The notes under the pieces are model-generated. The model was given only the letters and a program-made list of their open reading frames with translations, made no database searches and was not told where the DNA came from. Positions 55,010 through 64,000 of a DNA stretch of 64,000 bases are shown here, one piece after another. Source of the DNA: an uncultured Acidobacteriota bacterium (GTDB taxonomy: Bacteria > Acidobacteriota > JAQAZP01); the NCBI GenBank assembly GCA_963836075.1, contig CAWIIB010000009.1:3330442-3394441 (forward strand), written 5' to 3'. The translations under genes and the position numbers were made by a program. How positions within the stretch are numbered: the stretch's first letter is position 1; every line of letters starts with the position of its first letter.

Positions 55010-57958
55010 ATGCGCTCTTATTTGATGCTGCTCACCGTTCTGCTACTGGTTTCGATCATTGCTGGCCCCGCCATGCCCGTCCTTGCCGCGCCCGAAGCGC
55101 TGATCATGGTGGAGGCGGAGAGTGATTCAGCGGTGGAGGCGCTGGAGAGCGCCGGGGCCCCGGTCTGGTCCAGCGTGGGCCCGTACATCCTGGCCGGCGC
55201 CGACAGCCGGCTGGAGGCCGAACTCCGCGCCACGGGCGCCTGGGTGGTGGACCGGCATCCCTGGTCCGACGGCTCCTCCTATTACTGGGTGCACAGCGAC
55301 CCTGCCGCACAGGTTGACCTGGCCCGGTACCCGGGCGTGGAAGTGCTGCACCAGGAACCGGGGCTGGCCCTGGTCAAGGCCAGCGCAATGGCAGCCGAAC
55401 CGCTGGCGCGTTCACGGTTCGACCTGGTGCACGTGGATCGCACCCGCAAGACCCTGGATGTGGTGGCTCCGGCCGCAGAGCGGACCGGGGACCGCGAGTT
55501 CGGCGGCGACATCGACACCATGGTGGCCGGAATCATGCAGTTCAACTACAGCGGCGTGGTCCAGACCCTGCAGAACTTTGGTACCCGCTACACCTACACC
55601 ACCGGCGTGGACGATGCCGCGGACTGGATGTTCACCAGGCTCCAGGGCTACGGTTATGACGTGGAGCGGCACTACTTCGACATCGGCGCCTACTCCAAGC
55701 AGAACATCATCGCCACCAGGACAGGTCTGGTCTACCCCGACGAGGTGGTGCTGATCTGCGGCCACTACGACTCCACCTCGGACGACCCCGAAAACCTGGC
55801 CCCCGGCGCCGATGACAATGGCAGCGGCACGGCCGCCGTGCTGGAAGCGGCCCGGGTGATGGCCGGCTACGAGTTCGAACGGACGGTGGTCTTCGCCACC
55901 TTTGCCGGCGAGGAGCAGGGGCTTTACGGCAGCGGGGCCTATGCCGCGGACCTGGCCGCGGCCGGTACGAACGTGGTCGGCTGCTACAACTACGACATGA
56001 TCGCCTGGTCGGGCTCCGACACCGCACCGCCCGACCTGATCCTCTACACCAATGGCGGCGCGTCCACCGACCTGGCCAACCGGGTCCGCGACGCGGCCCT
56101 CCACTACGTCCCCACCGGGGTGGAGCCGGTGGTGGTCCCCGAGGCGATGACCGCCAGCGACCACGCCTCCTTCTGGAGCCAGGGCTACCCGGCCATCTGC
56201 GGCATCGAGGCCGAAGCCTGGAGCAGCGATTTCAATCCCTATTACCACACCACCAACGACACGGTGGCCAACTGCGACATGGCGTACGCCACCGCCTGCA
56301 CCAAAGCCGCGGTGGCCGCGGTGGCCGAGCACGCCTCGCCGCTGGTGGTGGACGGCCCGTATCTCGCACTCCACGACATGGTGGTGGACGACGACATGAG
56401 CGGCGCCAGCTTCGGAAACGGCAACGGCACAGTGGAGCCGGGCGAGATCGTCGAACTGACCCTGACCCTGCGCAACGTGGGTACCGAGGACGCGGTGGCG
56501 GTCAGCGGCACCCTGTCCACCACCTCTTCATACGCTGCGGTGAGCACGGCAACCCAGAGCTACGGCACTATCCTTTCGGACAACGGCACCGGCACGTCGG
56601 CCGGCCCCTACGTCTTCAGCGTCACCATGGACCTGCCCGACGGATACGAGATCCCCTTTGTCCTGGCGGTGACCGAAGCCCCGGCGACCATCGGCTTCGA
56701 CATCGCGGCCGCCGCGCCGGCGCTGGCCTACGCCGGACGAAGCGTGGACGATTCGGCCGGCGACGGTGACGGCATCGTCGATCCGGGGGAGACCGTCCTG
56801 CTGCAGATCGACCTGCGCAACGAAGGCTCGGTGGGGGCCACCGGGGTGGGCGGCACGCTGAGCACGTCCAACCCCCAGGTCACCGTGACCGACAACACGG
56901 CGGACTGGCCCGACATCTCCAGCGGCGCCAGCCAGGCGTCCCTGGCCCCGCACTTCACGGTGAGCTTCGGCGGCGGCCTCTCCTACGGTGAAACGGTGAG
57001 CTTCGACCTGGACACCGTAGCCGCCGAGGGCACGGGCAGCGTGACCTTCGACCTGGTGGTGGGCCAGGCCGTGCTCTTCTTCGACGACATGGAGGGGGGC
57101 GAGAACGGCTGGACCCACTACGAGGTGGCGGCCCAGGACGACTGGATGCTCGGCTACCCCGGCCCCAACGGCAACGACCCGGACGCGCCCTGGTCGGGCA
57201 TGAACCACTGGGGCAACGACCTGGCCCCCGACGGCTGGAACGGCGATTACTACGCCAACGTGCACAACTACCTCCAGTCGCCGGCCATCGACTGCAGCGG
57301 GTATGCCGGGGTGACCCTCAACTACATGCGCTGGCTCACTGTCGAGGACGCAATCTTCGACCAGGCCACCATCTATGTCAACGGCACCCAGGTCTGGCAG
57401 AACGCCGTGGGCGCCGACCACCTGGACAGCGAGTGGACGGTGCACGAGATCGACATCTCGGCCATTGCCGACGACAACCCGGCGGTGGTGGTGGAGTTCC
57501 ACATGGAGAGCGACGGCGGGGTGGAGTTCGGCGGCTGGAACATCGACGACTTGAGCCTGCTGGCCTTCGACCAGGGCGGCGGTCCGGTGGCCACCGTGGC
57601 CGCCACGCTGACCTGCGATCCCTCGGCGGGCACGGTACCTTTCGGCACGGCCATGTCCATCACCCTGGGCAATCTCTACGGCGGGTTCACCCGGACCATC
57701 TCCGGCCACATCGACATCACCGTGGCCGGGGGGAGTTACTTCCCCAACTGGCGCGCCGGGTACACCAACGTGGCTCCGGGGGGTAGTTACACCGCCAGCT
57801 GGGTGACCACCATCCCGGCCCTGGGGTCGGTGATCGGCGACAACTACTTCGAACTGGTGGTGGAGGACGTGACCGCAGCGCCGTACAACCAGCCGCCCTA
57901 TCCCGCGTCGGGCGATACCGACATGGACGGTTGCACGGTGACCGGTATCGCGCCGTAA
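55010..57958 (+). CDS. secreted M28-family zinc aminopeptidase with lectin/MAM-like domain and shared C-terminal domain
   Basis: Signal peptide; M28 metal-ligand motifs (...LICGHYDS..., ...DDNGSGTAAVLE..., ...FAGEEQGLYGS...); C-terminus ...SYFPNWRAGYTNVAPGGSYTASW...EDVTAAPYNQPPYPASGD...CTVTGIAP. Confidence 0.75.
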   Translation: MRSYLMLLTVLLLVSIIAGPAMPVLAAPEALIMVEAESDSAVEALESAGAPVWSSVGPYILAGADSRLEAELRATGAWVVDRHPWSDGSSYYWVHSDPAAQVDLARYPGVEVLHQEPGLALVKASAMAAEPLARSRFDLVHVDRTRKTLDVVAPAAERTGDREFGGDIDTMVAGIMQFNYSGVVQTLQNFGTRYTYTTGVDDAADWMFTRLQGYGYDVERHYFDIGAYSKQNIIATRTGLVYPDEVVLICGHYDSTSDDPENLAPGADDNGSGTAAVLEAARVMAGYEFERTVVFATFAGEEQGLYGSGAYAADLAAAGTNVVGCYNYDMIAWSGSDTAPPDLILYTNGGASTDLANRVRDAALHYVPTGVEPVVVPEAMTASDHASFWSQGYPAICGIEAEAWSSDFNPYYHTTNDTVANCDMAYATACTKAAVAAVAEHASPLVVDGPYLALHDMVVDDDMSGASFGNGNGTVEPGEIVELTLTLRNVGTEDAVAVSGTLSTTSSYAAVSTATQSYGTILSDNGTGTSAGPYVFSVTMDLPDGYEIPFVLAVTEAPATIGFDIAAAAPALAYAGRSVDDSAGDGDGIVDPGETVLLQIDLRNEGSVGATGVGGTLSTSNPQVTVTDNTADWPDISSGASQASLAPHFTVSFGGGLSYGETVSFDLDTVAAEGTGSVTFDLVVGQAVLFFDDMEGGENGWTHYEVAAQDDWMLGYPGPNGNDPDAPWSGMNHWGNDLAPDGWNGDYYANVHNYLQSPAIDCSGYAGVTLNYMRWLTVEDAIFDQATIYVNGTQVWQNAVGADHLDSEWTVHEIDISAIADDNPAVVVEFHMESDGGVEFGGWNIDDLSLLAFDQGGGPVATVAATLTCDPSAGTVPFGTAMSITLGNLYGGFTRTISGHIDITVAGGSYFPNWRAGYTNVAPGGSYTASWVTTIPALGSVIGDNYFELVVEDVTAAPYNQPPYPASGDTDMDGCTVTGIAP

Positions 57959-57977
57959 GAACCGATGAAACTAATAA

Positions 57978-58017
57978 CCGCCTGACTGCTGGAGCATCCG
58001 GCAGCAGGCGGTTTTTT
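57978..58017 (+). terminator. Rho-independent terminator (imperfect stem, then T6)
   Basis: CCGCCTGACTGCTGG-agcat-CCGGCAGCAGGCGG followed by TTTTTT, 20 nt after the peptidase stop. Confidence 0.55.
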
Positions 58018-58047
58018 CTGAGGCCGGTGGTTGTACCCGGTGGGGGA

Positions 58048-58584
58048 TCAGCCCTCCCCGCGCTTCCAGCCCTCGGCAAAGGCTTCGAGATTGAGGATGT
58101 CGGTGCCCCGGGGCACGTTCTCCACGATGGTCTTCTCCAGGCTCGTGCGGTCCACCAGCCCGGAGATGGCGCCGAGAAAACCGAGCACCACCATGTTGGT
58201 GACGATGCGCCGGCCCAGGTCCTGGGCAGCGATGCGGGTGGCCGGAATGGCGTGGACCGTGCCCTGAAAGTCATCGGGAAGCTGTACCAGGTCTTGCTCC
58301 ACGATCAGGATTCCCCCCGGTTTGACGTCGTGAAGAAAGGCGTCGCAGGAGTCCTGGCTGAGGAGCATCAGGATGTCGAAACGGTCGGGTTCGATGTCAT
58401 GGATCCCGCCGTCGCTCACCGTGACGTCGCTGGTGCAGAGCCCGCCGCGGGCCGAGCTGCCGTAGGCCTGGTTCTGCAGGGCGCTCTTGCCGTCGAGGAT
58501 GGCTGCCGCGCCGAAGATCTCCCCCGATTTGACGATGCCCTGGCCGCCGAAGCCGGCGAAGCGGACGGTCTTTTCGGTGCTCAT
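58048..58584 (-). CDS. 2-oxoacid:ferredoxin oxidoreductase, gamma subunit
   Basis: ...VRFAGFGGQGIVKSGEIFG... typical of the gamma subunit; operon order delta-alpha-beta-gamma. Confidence 0.8.
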   Translation of the reverse strand: MSTEKTVRFAGFGGQGIVKSGEIFGAAAILDGKSALQNQAYGSSARGGLCTSDVTVSDGGIHDIEPDRFDILMLLSQDSCDAFLHDVKPGGILIVEQDLVQLPDDFQGTVHAIPATRIAAQDLGRRIVTNMVVLGFLGAISGLVDRTSLEKTIVENVPRGTDILNLEAFAEGWKRGEG

Positions 58585-59459
58585 CGTTCGTCCTCCTCGG
58601 CCAGGGCCGCGGAGCTCACCTGCTCCACCTGCCGGTAGAGCCGCTGGCAGAACTCGGGCGCTTCACGCTGTTTCAGCCGCCCCACCACGATTTTGTCCTC
58701 CAGCTCTTCCTCGGTCATTTTCTTCGCCCTGGACAGCCGTACCGAGCGTGCCTTGTAGTCGGCGAGGAAGTCGGCGGCGTTCCGCTTGCCCACCGCCTTG
58801 CCGTAGGAGGTGGTGCACTGGCCGACCACCTCGACAAAGGAGAAGCCGGGGTGCTCCAGCGCTTCCTTGAACGAGCGGACCAGGTCCAGCACGTGCCAGG
58901 TGGTCCAGCGGGCGACATAGGACGCGCCGGCGGCGGCCACCAGGTCGGCCACGTCGAACCGGTTTTCCACATTGCCGTGGGGTGTGGTGGTGGTGCGTAT
59001 GCCGGGGGGCGTGGTGGGGGCCACCTGCCCGCCGGTCATGCCGTAGATCGAGTTGTTGACCATCAGCACCGTGAGGTCCACATTGCGCCGGGCGGCGTGG
59101 ATCAGGTGGTTGCCGCCGATGCCCGAGATGTCGCCGTCGCCGGCGATCACCACCACCTTCATCTGCGGCGACATCACCCGCACCCCGGTGGCAAAGGCGA
59201 TGGCCCGGCCGTGGGTGGTGTGCAGGGTGTCGGCGAGAAAGTAGGGGCTGGGGATCCAGGAAGAGCAGCCGATGCCGGTGACCATCACCATCTCGTGCGG
59301 GTCATACTCCAGTTCGTCCACCGCCTTGCAGAAGCAGTTGAGCACCGTGCCGCCGCCGCAGCCGGTGCAGAAGATGGTGGGCAGGATTCCGGGCCGCACG
59401 TAACGGTGCAGCGGGTTGCGCACCACGGCCGCTGTGCTGTTCGATTCTGTCGCGCTCAT
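58581..59459 (-). CDS. 2-oxoacid:ferredoxin oxidoreductase, beta subunit (TPP-binding)
   Basis: ...FCTGCGGGTVLN... and ...GIGCSSW...GDGD... TPP-binding region; overlaps neighbours by 4 nt. Confidence 0.8.
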   Translation of the reverse strand: MSATESNSTAAVVRNPLHRYVRPGILPTIFCTGCGGGTVLNCFCKAVDELEYDPHEMVMVTGIGCSSWIPSPYFLADTLHTTHGRAIAFATGVRVMSPQMKVVVIAGDGDISGIGGNHLIHAARRNVDLTVLMVNNSIYGMTGGQVAPTTPPGIRTTTTPHGNVENRFDVADLVAAAGASYVARWTTWHVLDLVRSFKEALEHPGFSFVEVVGQCTTSYGKAVGKRNAADFLADYKARSVRLSRAKKMTEEELEDKIVVGRLKQREAPEFCQRLYRQVEQVSSAALAEEDER

Positions 59460-60604
59460 GACATGTGCTCCATAAGTGCGGTGTGGATCTCGTCCACGGT
59501 GTGCACCACCCCGCCGATCTTGGACAGGCTGCGCACCGGGCAGCCGGCGAACCGTTCCAGCTCGCGGGAGAGCTGGCCCAGGTTCATTTCGGGCACCAGC
59601 ACCAGGTCGACATCGGCCAGCAGCTGGGTGATCGCCGGGCCGGGGAAGGGCCAGACATTGACCAGCCGGATGAACCCGGCCGGATGGCCGGCGGCCCGGG
59701 CCCTTTCCACGGCACCAAGGGCCGGCCGGGCGGTGGCGCCGAGGGAGACCACCGCCACCCGGGCGCCGTCCATCTGCCGCACGTCGAGGCGGGTCAATTC
59801 CCCGCGGGCCGAGGTGAGCTTCTCGTTGAGGCGCAGCACCAGTTCCTCGTGCACCTCCCTGGTGCTCACGTCGCGGATGCCGTCCGCCTTGTGTGTCGAG
59901 CCGGTGATGTGCACGTTCAGGCGGTCGCCGATCTGGGCCATGGGCGGCACCAGGGTTCCGCCGAAGGCCAGGTCGCCCTCTCTGGCCCGGGGCCGCGGGG
60001 CGATGTCCGCGTCGGTGTAGTCGGGGTAGGTCAGCGGCTCGCGGATGTGGCCCACCGCGCCGTCCATCAAAACGATCACCGGGGTGCGGTATTGTTCAGA
60101 AAGGGCGAAGCTGTCGCGCACCAGGTCGAAGCACTCCTGCACCGACCAGGGGCAGACGGCGATGATCTCGTGGTCCCCGTGGGTGCCCCAGCGGGCCTGC
60201 ATGATGTCGCCCTGGGCCGGCTTGGTGGCCTGGCCGGTGGAGGGGCCCGAGCGCTGCACGTCCACCACCACGCAGGGTGTCTCGGTCATCACCGCGTAGC
60301 CCACGGCCTCCTGCATCAACGAGAAACCGGGCCCGCTGGTGGCGGTCATGGAGCGTGCACCGCACCAGGCCGCGCCGACGATGCCGGAGATACTGGCGAT
60401 CTCGTCCTCGAACTGCACGTAGTAGCCGCCCACCCGGGGCAGTTCCCGGGCCATTACCTCGGCGATCTCCGAGGCCGGGGTGATGGGGTAGCCGCCGAAA
60501 AAGCTGCAGCCGGAGAAGACGGCGCCCAGGGCCGCGGCCTCGTCACCCATGACGAATTCGGTGCGGCCGGCGAAACGACTCAGATACTGCTCGCGCACGC
60601 TCAT
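59456..60604 (-). CDS. 2-oxoacid:ferredoxin oxidoreductase, alpha subunit
   Basis: ...GYPITPASEI...SGPGFSLMQEA... typical of the alpha subunit. Confidence 0.8.
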   Translation of the reverse strand: MSVREQYLSRFAGRTEFVMGDEAAALGAVFSGCSFFGGYPITPASEIAEVMARELPRVGGYYVQFEDEIASISGIVGAAWCGARSMTATSGPGFSLMQEAVGYAVMTETPCVVVDVQRSGPSTGQATKPAQGDIMQARWGTHGDHEIIAVCPWSVQECFDLVRDSFALSEQYRTPVIVLMDGAVGHIREPLTYPDYTDADIAPRPRAREGDLAFGGTLVPPMAQIGDRLNVHITGSTHKADGIRDVSTREVHEELVLRLNEKLTSARGELTRLDVRQMDGARVAVVSLGATARPALGAVERARAAGHPAGFIRLVNVWPFPGPAITQLLADVDLVLVPEMNLGQLSRELERFAGCPVRSLSKIGGVVHTVDEIHTALMEHMS

Positions 60605-60861
60605 GACGCACCTCCTTCTCCCTGGTCTTCCAGCACGGCGATGGCCAGTTGCGGGCAGCCCAGTTCGCAGAGCGTGCAGCCGGTGCAGGCCCCGGGCTCT
60701 TCCGGCACGGCCGGAAAGACCCCCCGCCGGCTCAGCTCCGGGCTGAGACGGAAGACCGCCGGTTTGCAGAAGAAGATGCAGACGCCGCAGCCGTCACACA
60801 GCTCGGCGTCAACGTGCACCTGGTAGTGCCGCTTCATTTTCTCGGTTTTCTCCGTGGTCAT
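60601..60861 (-). CDS. 2-oxoacid:ferredoxin oxidoreductase, delta subunit (2x[4Fe-4S] ferredoxin)
   Basis: Two Cys clusters CDGCGVCIFFC and CTGCTLCELGC. Confidence 0.8.
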   Translation of the reverse strand: MTTEKTEKMKRHYQVHVDAELCDGCGVCIFFCKPAVFRLSPELSRRGVFPAVPEEPGACTGCTLCELGCPQLAIAVLEDQGEGGAS

Positions 60862-61074
60862 GGTGTCCGTTCTGTTTCAGCGATGCGGGTTTCCCTAATC
60901 AACGACGGAATCGCTGGCCCCTTTTTAGCTGACCGGGCCTTGTTCGTCAAGGGACGGCGCCGGCAGCGCCAGGCGGTTCAGGGTCGGTGGTTGCCTGACG
61001 GGCCCGGTTCAGGTGATGATAGTGACACCGGAGAGGAACATTCCAGGGACGGAGAAACAGGGGAGGGGAACGGC

Positions 61075-61495
61075 ATGAAATCGATCTATCTCTGCGGTCC
61101 GATCATGGACGAGCACCAGGGCGAGGCCCGCAGGTGGCGGGAGACTGCCAAAGCTGATCTGGGCGATGCGTTCAGGCTGCTCGACCCCATGCGGCGGAAT
61201 TTCAGGGACCGGGAGGTGGACTCGGCCAACGAGATCGTCGAGTTCGACCTCCAGGACATCCGCGACGCCGAGATCATCCTGGTCAACTACGGCAAACCGA
61301 GCATCGGCACCTGCGATGGAGGTCTTCTACGCCAGCCACGACCAGAAGAAGTTCGTGGTGGCCTTCTCGCCCTTCGGCTTCCAGGACTGCTCGCCCTGGA
61401 TGGTCCGTTACTGCACCAAGATCCTCCCCTCGCTGGAGGAGGCCTGCGACTACATCCGCCGGCATTTCGGCGAAAATCCCGGAGAGGTTCCGTGA
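61075..61495 (+). CDS. nucleoside 2-deoxyribosyltransferase-like protein, reading frame interrupted near 61312
   Basis: N-terminal MKSIYLCGPIMDE...ILVNYGKPSIGT then frame switch to MEVFYASHDQKKFVVAF...SPW...; a 1-nt surplus restores ...SIGTAMEVFYA... Confidence 0.45.
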
Positions 61496-61527
61496 CAAGG
61501 GCGCAACCGGTCAGCATCACCGATACA

Positions 61528-62784
61528 TCAGAACCGGAGCACCAGCCAGATCACCGGAACATGGAGCAAGGCCAGCATTCCGAACCGGATGGCGGTGCTG
61601 CGCCAGGCCGTTCGGGCGAGGAAGGCGAAATATCCGCCTTTGACCAGCGTGTTGCTCATCATCGCCACCAGGATGGCCATGACGGTCATGGGAATCTGGC
61701 CCTCCGGACGCACGACCCGGACCAGGGAGAGGATGTAGGGGTCGATGTCGGTCACGCCGACAATCGCGGAGAGACCGAGCAGGCCGGCATTGCCGAAGTT
61801 CTGCTCGATAAGTACGGTGGCGACGGAGAGCGCCACGAACACGAGGGCGAAGAGCAGGGCCGGCCTGATCTCGAAGGGGTTTTGCAGGTTGTTGATCTGC
61901 TCCGTGTCGGCGGGTTTACCCCCCTTCCCGGACCAGAAGGAGAGCAGGGCGCCGGCCAGGGCGAGAACCGCCAACGGCCACCAGAGGAATGGCACCACGC
62001 TGCGGTTGATGATCCAGACCAATACCAGGACCCGGAGATACATCACGCTGCTGGCCAGCAGGGCTGCCTGAAGGGCGTTGTTCGCCCGATTTTCATCATG
62101 CTGGACCAGCCGGCCCATGGCGATGGCTACTGCGGTGCTGGAGACCACGCCCCCGAGCAAGCCGGCGAGCCACAGCCCATAGCGGGCGCCGAACTTTTTC
62201 ACCAGGAAGTAACCGACGAACCCCACGGTGGAAACAAGGATTACGATCTGCCAGATCCGTGCGGGATTAAGCTGGAACCTGGTGAAGGACTCGTTGGGCA
62301 GGGCGGGGAGAATGATCACGGTGACGATGAGGAATTTGAGAACAGCGAGGAACTCCGCCTTGTCCAGCCGTTCGACAAACCGCTCCAGCCCCGCCTTTTC
62401 GGTGAGGAGCAGCGTGTTGACCACCGCCAGTGTCACCGGCACCCAGATGTCGGTGATCAGGGCCAGGGCGCCGGTGATGTAGGTCAGTGCGGCGGCGATT
62501 TCACTGGTCCAGCCGGCCTGCCCCTCCCTGATCCGGGCCATGTAGCCGGCCACGGCCAGGGCGGTCACGGTGAGCAGGCCCAGGGGCAGGGCTGAGGGGA
62601 TACCGGACTGGTGGAGCCAGGCACAGCCGAATCCGAACAGGCTGATGATGGTGTAGGTGCGTACGCCGATCAGGATACGCCTGTTGTCCCGCAGCTTGAC
62701 ACTTTCGCGTTCGAGACCAACCAGCAGGCCGAGACCCAGCGCCACGAGAAAGCGGAGCTCAAATGTCCATTCGAGGTTTCCCAT
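61528..62784 (-). CDS. MgtC/DUF4010 family integral membrane protein
   Basis: N-terminal ...LGLGLLVGLERE... MgtC-like motif; ~10 TM segments over 418 aa. Confidence 0.65.
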   Translation of the reverse strand: MGNLEWTFELRFLVALGLGLLVGLERESVKLRDNRRILIGVRTYTIISLFGFGCAWLHQSGIPSALPLGLLTVTALAVAGYMARIREGQAGWTSEIAAALTYITGALALITDIWVPVTLAVVNTLLLTEKAGLERFVERLDKAEFLAVLKFLIVTVIILPALPNESFTRFQLNPARIWQIVILVSTVGFVGYFLVKKFGARYGLWLAGLLGGVVSSTAVAIAMGRLVQHDENRANNALQAALLASSVMYLRVLVLVWIINRSVVPFLWWPLAVLALAGALLSFWSGKGGKPADTEQINNLQNPFEIRPALLFALVFVALSVATVLIEQNFGNAGLLGLSAIVGVTDIDPYILSLVRVVRPEGQIPMTVMAILVAMMSNTLVKGGYFAFLARTAWRSTAIRFGMLALLHVPVIWLVLRF

Positions 62785-62967
62785 CGCAATACCTTTCCGG
62801 CTGGCGGCGTCTGACGGGACGGCAACCTTTGCTTATTGTAACAGCAACCGCGGACGGGAAAAATAGAACGTTTGCTGCGTTCCTGTTTTCGGATGTAACA
62901 TGGCGAGTGTGATCGATTCACGTGCCCTGATAACGATGCCATCACTGTTGCCGGGAGAATTCCGTCG

Positions 62968-64000
62968 ATGGCCGTCCACCTCACCGCCTGCCCGAGAAAT
63001 TGCTACAGCACCTGCGCCATGAAGGTGACGGTGGAGGAGGGGCGGCTCACCGCGGTGGAGCCCCACCCGGGCAACCGGGCCACGGCCGAAGGCCCATGCC
63101 TCAAGGGGCTGAGCTACGTGGAGCGGCAGCACAGCCCCGACAGGCTGCTCCACCCCCTGCGGCGGCAGCCTGACGGTTCATTGGTGCAGGTGGGCTGGGA
63201 CGAGGCGCTGGACGCGGTGGCCCGGCAGCTGCGATCGGTGCTCGAGACCTACGGTCCCCGGGCGGTCCTGCACTACGCCGGCAGCGGCACCAAGGGTCTG
63301 CTCAACGAGTGCAGTCTCGCCTTCTGGCGCCGTTTCGGCGGCTGCACCACCACCTACGGCGACCTCTGCTGGCCGGCGGGGCTGGAAGCCGCCCGGCTGA
63401 CCCTCGGCGAGAACATCCACAACGCCCCCTGGGATCTGGCCAATGCCCGGCTCATCGTGCTCTGGGGCAAGAACCCGGCGGAGACCAATATCCACCAGCA
63501 GATCTTCATCAACCAGGCGCTGGATGAAGGCGCCCGGCTGGTGGTGGTCGACCCGCGGCGCACCGAGAGCGCCGAACGGGCCCAATTGCTCATCCAGCCC
63601 AAACCGGGCACCGACGGCTTCCTCGCCCTGGCCGTGGCCAAACTGCTGGTGGAAAGGGGAGGGGTGGACGAAGAGTTCGTCCACCGGCACGTCCTCGGAT
63701 TCGACCGCTTCGCTGCCATGGTGCGGGAGATCGATCTCGAAGAAGTGGTCCGAACCTGCGGGGTGCCGGTGCCGGCCATGGAGACGCTGGCCGGCCTGTT
63801 CGCCCGTGTCCATCCGGCAACCATCTGCGCCGGCTACGGCATGCAGCGCTACACCAACAGCGGCCAGACCATGCGGGCGCTGCTTTCGCTGCCGGTGATC
63901 ACCGGCAACATCGGCAAGCCGGGCGGGGGATGGGTCTACGCCAACCTGCAGACCCATGTATTCGGCGGCCCCCGGGACCCGGTGGCCTGTTTTCCGCCGG
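62968..64000 (+). CDS. molybdopterin-dependent oxidoreductase (MopB superfamily), 3' end outside window
   Basis: N-terminal Fe-S motif MAVHLTACPRNCYSTCAMKV...PCLKG...; frame stays open to window end; not in supplied ORF track (no in-window stop). Confidence 0.75.
   Translation, partial: MAVHLTACPRNCYSTCAMKVTVEEGRLTAVEPHPGNRATAEGPCLKGLSYVERQHSPDRLLHPLRRQPDGSLVQVGWDEALDAVARQLRSVLETYGPRAVLHYAGSGTKGLLNECSLAFWRRFGGCTTTYGDLCWPAGLEAARLTLGENIHNAPWDLANARLIVLWGKNPAETNIHQQIFINQALDEGARLVVVDPRRTESAERAQLLIQPKPGTDGFLALAVAKLLVERGGVDEEFVHRHVLGFDRFAAMVREIDLEEVVRTCGVPVPAMETLAGLFARVHPATICAGYGMQRYTNSGQTMRALLSLPVITGNIGKPGGGWVYANLQTHVFGGPRDPVACFPP

Noticed and set aside
57589-57958. Calling the shared C-terminal domain a T9SS sorting domain or PEP-CTERM signal
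   Set aside because: No PEP motif or terminal TM/Arg cluster, and I cannot confirm T9SS-type motifs from memory; left as an unassigned conserved domain.
60649-62595. 648-aa plus-strand ORF overlapping the MgtC-like gene
   Set aside because: Only its first ~80 codons are real (frame of the deoxyribosyltransferase-like gene); the rest is antisense read-through with Gly/Asp/His-rich composition.

Overview
64-kb high-GC, gene-dense segment that looks bacterial (ECF sigma/anti-sigma pair, sigma54 NtrC-type regulator, EttA-type ABC-F). All calls are from reading motifs in the supplied translations; no database search was run. Main points: (1) 29.3-39.2 kb is an 11-gene, tightly coupled plus-strand operon encoding a eukaryote-like ubiquitin-type conjugation set (two E1-like proteins, a UBC-type E2 with HPN-Cys motif, a RING-like zinc-finger protein, a JAMM peptidase, two small Ubl candidates) together with a PAN/ARC-like AAA+ ATPase and three proteins with no recognisable motifs; it sits behind an AT-rich intergenic region and a divergent HTH gene. 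This is the most likely novel system in the window. (2) 6.0-14.5 kb carries the archaeal-type alternative mevalonate pathway genes (mevalonate kinase, IDI-2, UbiD-like decarboxylase, AcnX-like large and small subunits, isopentenyl phosphate kinase), next to a UbiA prenyltransferase. (3) Three otherwise unrelated secreted proteins share a conserved ~100-aa C-terminal domain. (4) A sigma54 two-component system lies inside a minus-strand cluster of small secreted Gly/His-rich proteins. (5) Four genes show frame switches with motif continuity across the break, more consistent with indel errors than decay. Also present: 2-oxoacid:ferredoxin oxidoreductase operon, tandem ABC-F ATPases, a tricorn-protease homolog, UDP-glucose dehydrogenase. 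No rRNA, tRNA, CRISPR array or transposase/integrase was recognised by eye.
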